From assembly GCA_013375485.1 (NCBI GenBank), contig JABXKB010000043.1, positions 1-20,308 of the forward strand: a DNA stretch of 20,308 nucleotides, given 5' to 3'. This document shows positions 17,469 to 20,308 of the stretch, piece by piece (the stretch's first letter is position 1; each line of letters opens with the position of its first letter). Origin of the DNA: Promethearchaeota archaeon (GTDB lineage Archaea; Asgardarchaeota; Lokiarchaeia; Sigyniarchaeales; SOKP01). The position numbers and the translations under genes are program-made. Under the pieces are notes generated by a model, which was given only the letters and a program-made list of their open reading frames with translations, was not told the origin of the DNA and did no database searches.

Positions 17469-18278
17469 TTAATTTTTAACAATTGTTCCTCCCGCTTTTT
17501 TTATCGCTTTTTTCTCAAATGAAGTTTGGAATCCTGGTGTATAATTCATATATTTCGGTATTGGATATCTCAAACCTGCTTTATGGGTTGATTCTAATCC
17601 TTCTATAACAGAGTCCAGTTTACTTTTTGGAATTGAAAACATAACTTCTGTATCTTCTGCTCCTCCCCAAACGCGATCACCATTTCCTAAAATTACTAAC
17701 TGAGGTTCATCAGTTTGAATAGTTTTAATTATTCCTTCATGACAAGATCCTACTCTTCCTGCAGACGTGAAATCAAGAACTCCACCTTTAATATAAAGAT
17801 AGGCTTGGATTAATCTCGTTGCTTGTGCAGGATTACAATAAATTTGAACAACATCGGGTTCAATTTTTGTTCTTGTGAGGGGTGAAATAACAAGACCAAG
17901 ACATTTTTCTTTGAGGATATATAAGTGTTCTTGAAGTTTTTTTGCGGTTTCAAGGTTTTTTGAATAAAGTCCAATGCTAAACTGATTAGCAAAGTTTATT
18001 GCTTCTTCTGACATTGGATCCCAACCATATATACCTCTGGCCAATTTACAAGCACAATCTTCTTCTGTAATGATCATTGTCCAGCCATAGCTTCGAACCA
18101 TCTTAAAGGTTTGACATACAAAAGTTTGAACATTTAAATCAGATTTTGGTCTTTTAAAATTAGAGAGAATTTCTGATTTATCTTTTACGAGTTTAATAGC
18201 AATGGGAAATGATGCTGGTCGCAAAAGTTCCTCAAATTTTTTACCATAATGCTGGTATTTTTCTAAATTCACACTCAT
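17469..18278 (-). CDS. DUF169 family protein
   Basis: YGKKFEELLRPASFPIAIKLVKD, ..ARLIQAYLYIKGGVLDFTSAGRVGSCHEGI, GNGDRVWGGAEDTEVMFSIP are typical of DUF169 proteins. Translationally close to the flavoprotein gene. Confidence 0.78.
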   Translation of the reverse strand: MSVNLEKYQHYGKKFEELLRPASFPIAIKLVKDKSEILSNFKRPKSDLNVQTFVCQTFKMVRSYGWTMIITEEDCACKLARGIYGWDPMSEEAINFANQFSIGLYSKNLETAKKLQEHLYILKEKCLGLVISPLTRTKIEPDVVQIYCNPAQATRLIQAYLYIKGGVLDFTSAGRVGSCHEGIIKTIQTDEPQLVILGNGDRVWGGAEDTEVMFSIPKSKLDSVIEGLESTHKAGLRYPIPKYMNYTPGFQTSFEKKAIKKAGGTIVKN

Positions 18279-18408
18279 TTTTCTTATATGTTAGCGTTTT
18301 TTATTAATATTTAATTTCAATAAGATTCGATTAATGGAATATTTGTTCAATTAAAAATTAGTCTGAACCTAAAAGGTTTTTTATGGCTAAATCTTAAATT
18401 AAATTGTT

Positions 18409-19974
18409 ATGGAACAATTCAATAAAGAAAAAATTTCAGCTGAAGATGTTGCGATTGAAGATAATAATGCCCAATGGTTAGGTATTCCTTTAATTCATTT
18501 AATGGAATGTGCGGGATATTGTATCGCTGATGAAATTACAAAAAGATATAACATAAAGAAAGAATCTACAGTTGCTATTTTTTGTGGGACTGGGAATAAT
18601 GGTGGAGATGGATTTGTAGTTGCTAGACAGTTAGCGGCGTTTAACATCAAATCATTAGTTATTCTTGTTGGCACTCCAGAAAAAATAAGGACCCAGGCTT
18701 CTTTGTTTAACTGGAAATTAATAACAAACCATATAAATTATATGGTTAAGAATGTAATTATTCGGGATTCTACTGAAATTGAGAAGATAGAATTGCTCAA
18801 TAGAAATACGCATAAAATAGGATTAATTATAGATGGATTGTTAGGAACAGGAATCGTTGGGGAAATAAGAGAACCAATTTCTACTGCTATTGATGTGATA
18901 AATAAACTAAGAGAAAAGGAGAATATAAAAGTTGTGTCGATAGATTTACCTTCAGGGATGAATCCAAATACAGGAGAAATACTTCATAAAGCTGTGAAGG
19001 CGGATTTAGTTATAGTCCTCCATCGAATTAAAAAAGGATTAGATATTGAAAGCGATTATATAAGAGAGATCGTAGTACGATCTATTGGAATTCCTTATGA
19101 GGCGAGTCTCTTTATAGGAAAAGGTGATTTGATTCCTACCCTAAAAGTTAGAAATGTGGATAATCATAAAGGACAATTTGGCCGAATACTTGTCATTGGA
19201 GGTTCTAAAAATTACTCTGGAGCACCTGCATATTCCTCTTTAACAGGTATTAACTTTGGAATAGACTTAGTTATAACATATGTTCCAGAGGTAATTGGAG
19301 ATGTTGTGCGATATTATTCACCAAACATGATCGTAAGGACATATCCCGGTAATTGGTTAAATATGGATTCATTTAATGAGATATCAAAATTAATTGAATG
19401 GTCAAATGCAATAGTTATTGGTCCTGGCTTAGGACAGCAAAAAGAAACAGAAGACCTATTAATAAAACTTTTAGAGAAAATGAATAATGAAAATAAAAAT
19501 TATATTCTTGATGCTGATGCTTTAAAATTAGTTAAAAATAATCTAGATTTATTAAAAAACAGGAACGTGATTTTGACACCCCATGAAGGAGAATTGAAAA
19601 TAATGACTGGTATTGAATTACCCGAATACGATAAAATTGAAGATAGAAGTAAAGTGGTTTTAAAATTAGCTCGGGATCTTGACGTAACTTTACTCATCAA
19701 GGGTTCCTATGATTATATCAGTAATGGAAAGAATTTAAAAATCAATCGTACAGGATGTCCAGAGATGTCTATAGGTGGTACAGGTGACATATTAGCTGGA
19801 CTATGTGCATGTTTTTTAGCAACAGAGAATAGTTCTTTCAAGTCAGCATGCTCTGCTGCTTTTGTTAATGGTATATTAGGCGAATATTGCAAAAGTAATA
19901 TTGGAAGTCGTTTTACTGCATTGGATATGGTCAATAATATTAATAATGCGATAAAAAGCGTTCTTAGTTTTTAA
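18409..19974 (+). CDS. nnr: Bifunctional NAD(P)H-hydrate epimerase / ADP-dependent NAD(P)H-hydrate dehydratase
   Basis: Epimerase half: GTGNNGGDGFVVARQL, LIIDGLLGTGIVGEIREP, SIDLPSGMNP. Dehydratase half: GRILVIGGSKNYSGAPAYSSL, VIGPGLGQQKET, ILDADALKLV, LTPHEGELKIMTG, GGTGDILAGL. Confidence 0.95.
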   Translation: MEQFNKEKISAEDVAIEDNNAQWLGIPLIHLMECAGYCIADEITKRYNIKKESTVAIFCGTGNNGGDGFVVARQLAAFNIKSLVILVGTPEKIRTQASLFNWKLITNHINYMVKNVIIRDSTEIEKIELLNRNTHKIGLIIDGLLGTGIVGEIREPISTAIDVINKLREKENIKVVSIDLPSGMNPNTGEILHKAVKADLVIVLHRIKKGLDIESDYIREIVVRSIGIPYEASLFIGKGDLIPTLKVRNVDNHKGQFGRILVIGGSKNYSGAPAYSSLTGINFGIDLVITYVPEVIGDVVRYYSPNMIVRTYPGNWLNMDSFNEISKLIEWSNAIVIGPGLGQQKETEDLLIKLLEKMNNENKNYILDADALKLVKNNLDLLKNRNVILTPHEGELKIMTGIELPEYDKIEDRSKVVLKLARDLDVTLLIKGSYDYISNGKNLKINRTGCPEMSIGGTGDILAGLCACFLATENSSFKSACSAAFVNGILGEYCKSNIGSRFTALDMVNNINNAIKSVLSF

Positions 19975-20146
19975 TATTTTACAAAACAATAACTGTCTAT
20001 AAAGAGATGTCAGAACAAGAATAAATTACAAAATAAAGATTTATTAATTTTTAATATTATTATATTATTAACTTAGTTATTGTGAAAACTTAAGTTGAGG
20101 TTTCAGATTTTAATTTATACTAAATTTCAACAAAATAAAAAAGAGA

Positions 20147-20308
20147 TTGATTAAAATTCCACAAGTATTTCTTATTAACCCAGATGGAACAACCACAGAG
20201 CTAACAAGTGAAGGTCCAATTAAGAATGTTTTAAAAACAGATGAATGTTATGTTCTTGTTGCAGATGATGTAAGAAAAGTATTTTTATGGAAAGGAGTAA
20301 AAAGTAGC
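20147..20308 (+). CDS. Gelsolin-like domain protein, 3'-truncated by the window edge
   Basis: TTG-initiated open frame (in-frame TAA at 20111-20113) reading LIKIPQVFLINPDGTTTELTSEGPIKNVLKTDECYVLVADDVRKVFLWKGVKSS. ECYVLVADDVRKVFLWKG resembles the core D-x-Y-I-L-D...x-x-I-F-V-W-x-G strands of gelsolin repeats. Confidence 0.6.
   Translation, partial: MIKIPQVFLINPDGTTTELTSEGPIKNVLKTDECYVLVADDVRKVFLWKGVKSS

Noticed and set aside
15873-17479. Plus-strand ORFs (15873..16073, 15989..16252, 17273..17479) and minus ORF 17185..17433 over the flavoprotein gene
   Set aside because: Low-complexity alternate frames of the strongly supported FAD oxidoreductase gene.
19500-19934. Two minus-strand ORFs within nnr
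   Set aside because: Antisense to a highly conserved bifunctional enzyme; no independent support.

Overview
AT-rich archaeal window. Protein flavour, two intron-containing tRNAs and a partial gelsolin-like protein at the right edge suggest an Asgard/Lokiarchaeia-type genome (inference). From left to right it holds: a 5'-truncated MFS transporter; an ATC-hydrolase-like protein; a DJ-1/PfpI protein; a minus-strand hypothetical. Next is a plus-strand membrane island (about 3979-8499): zinc-ribbon membrane protein, NfeD/YqiJ-like membrane protein with a strictly alternating Asp repeat, small TM protein, flotillin/SPFH protein, a short ORF resembling a flotillin tail fragment, a beta-carbonic anhydrase with an unusual C-terminal extension, and a small Cys-rich protein. 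Then a minus-strand redox run: MarR regulator, alpha/beta hydrolase, two tandem PPOX-like paralogs, DUF3795-like, flavin reductase. Then a coiled-coil gene with signs of a C-terminal frameshift, tandem tRNA-Thr(GGT) and tRNA-Met(CAT) each interrupted, an M29-type aminopeptidase, an AprB-like ferredoxin/AprA-like flavoprotein/DUF169 operon, NAD(P)H-hydrate epimerase/dehydratase, and the start of a gelsolin-like gene. The strongest candidate for a little-described system is the flotillin/NfeD-like island with the 39-Asp alternating repeat. No CRISPR array or clear mobile element was seen. All family calls come from motif recognition by eye, without database searches.
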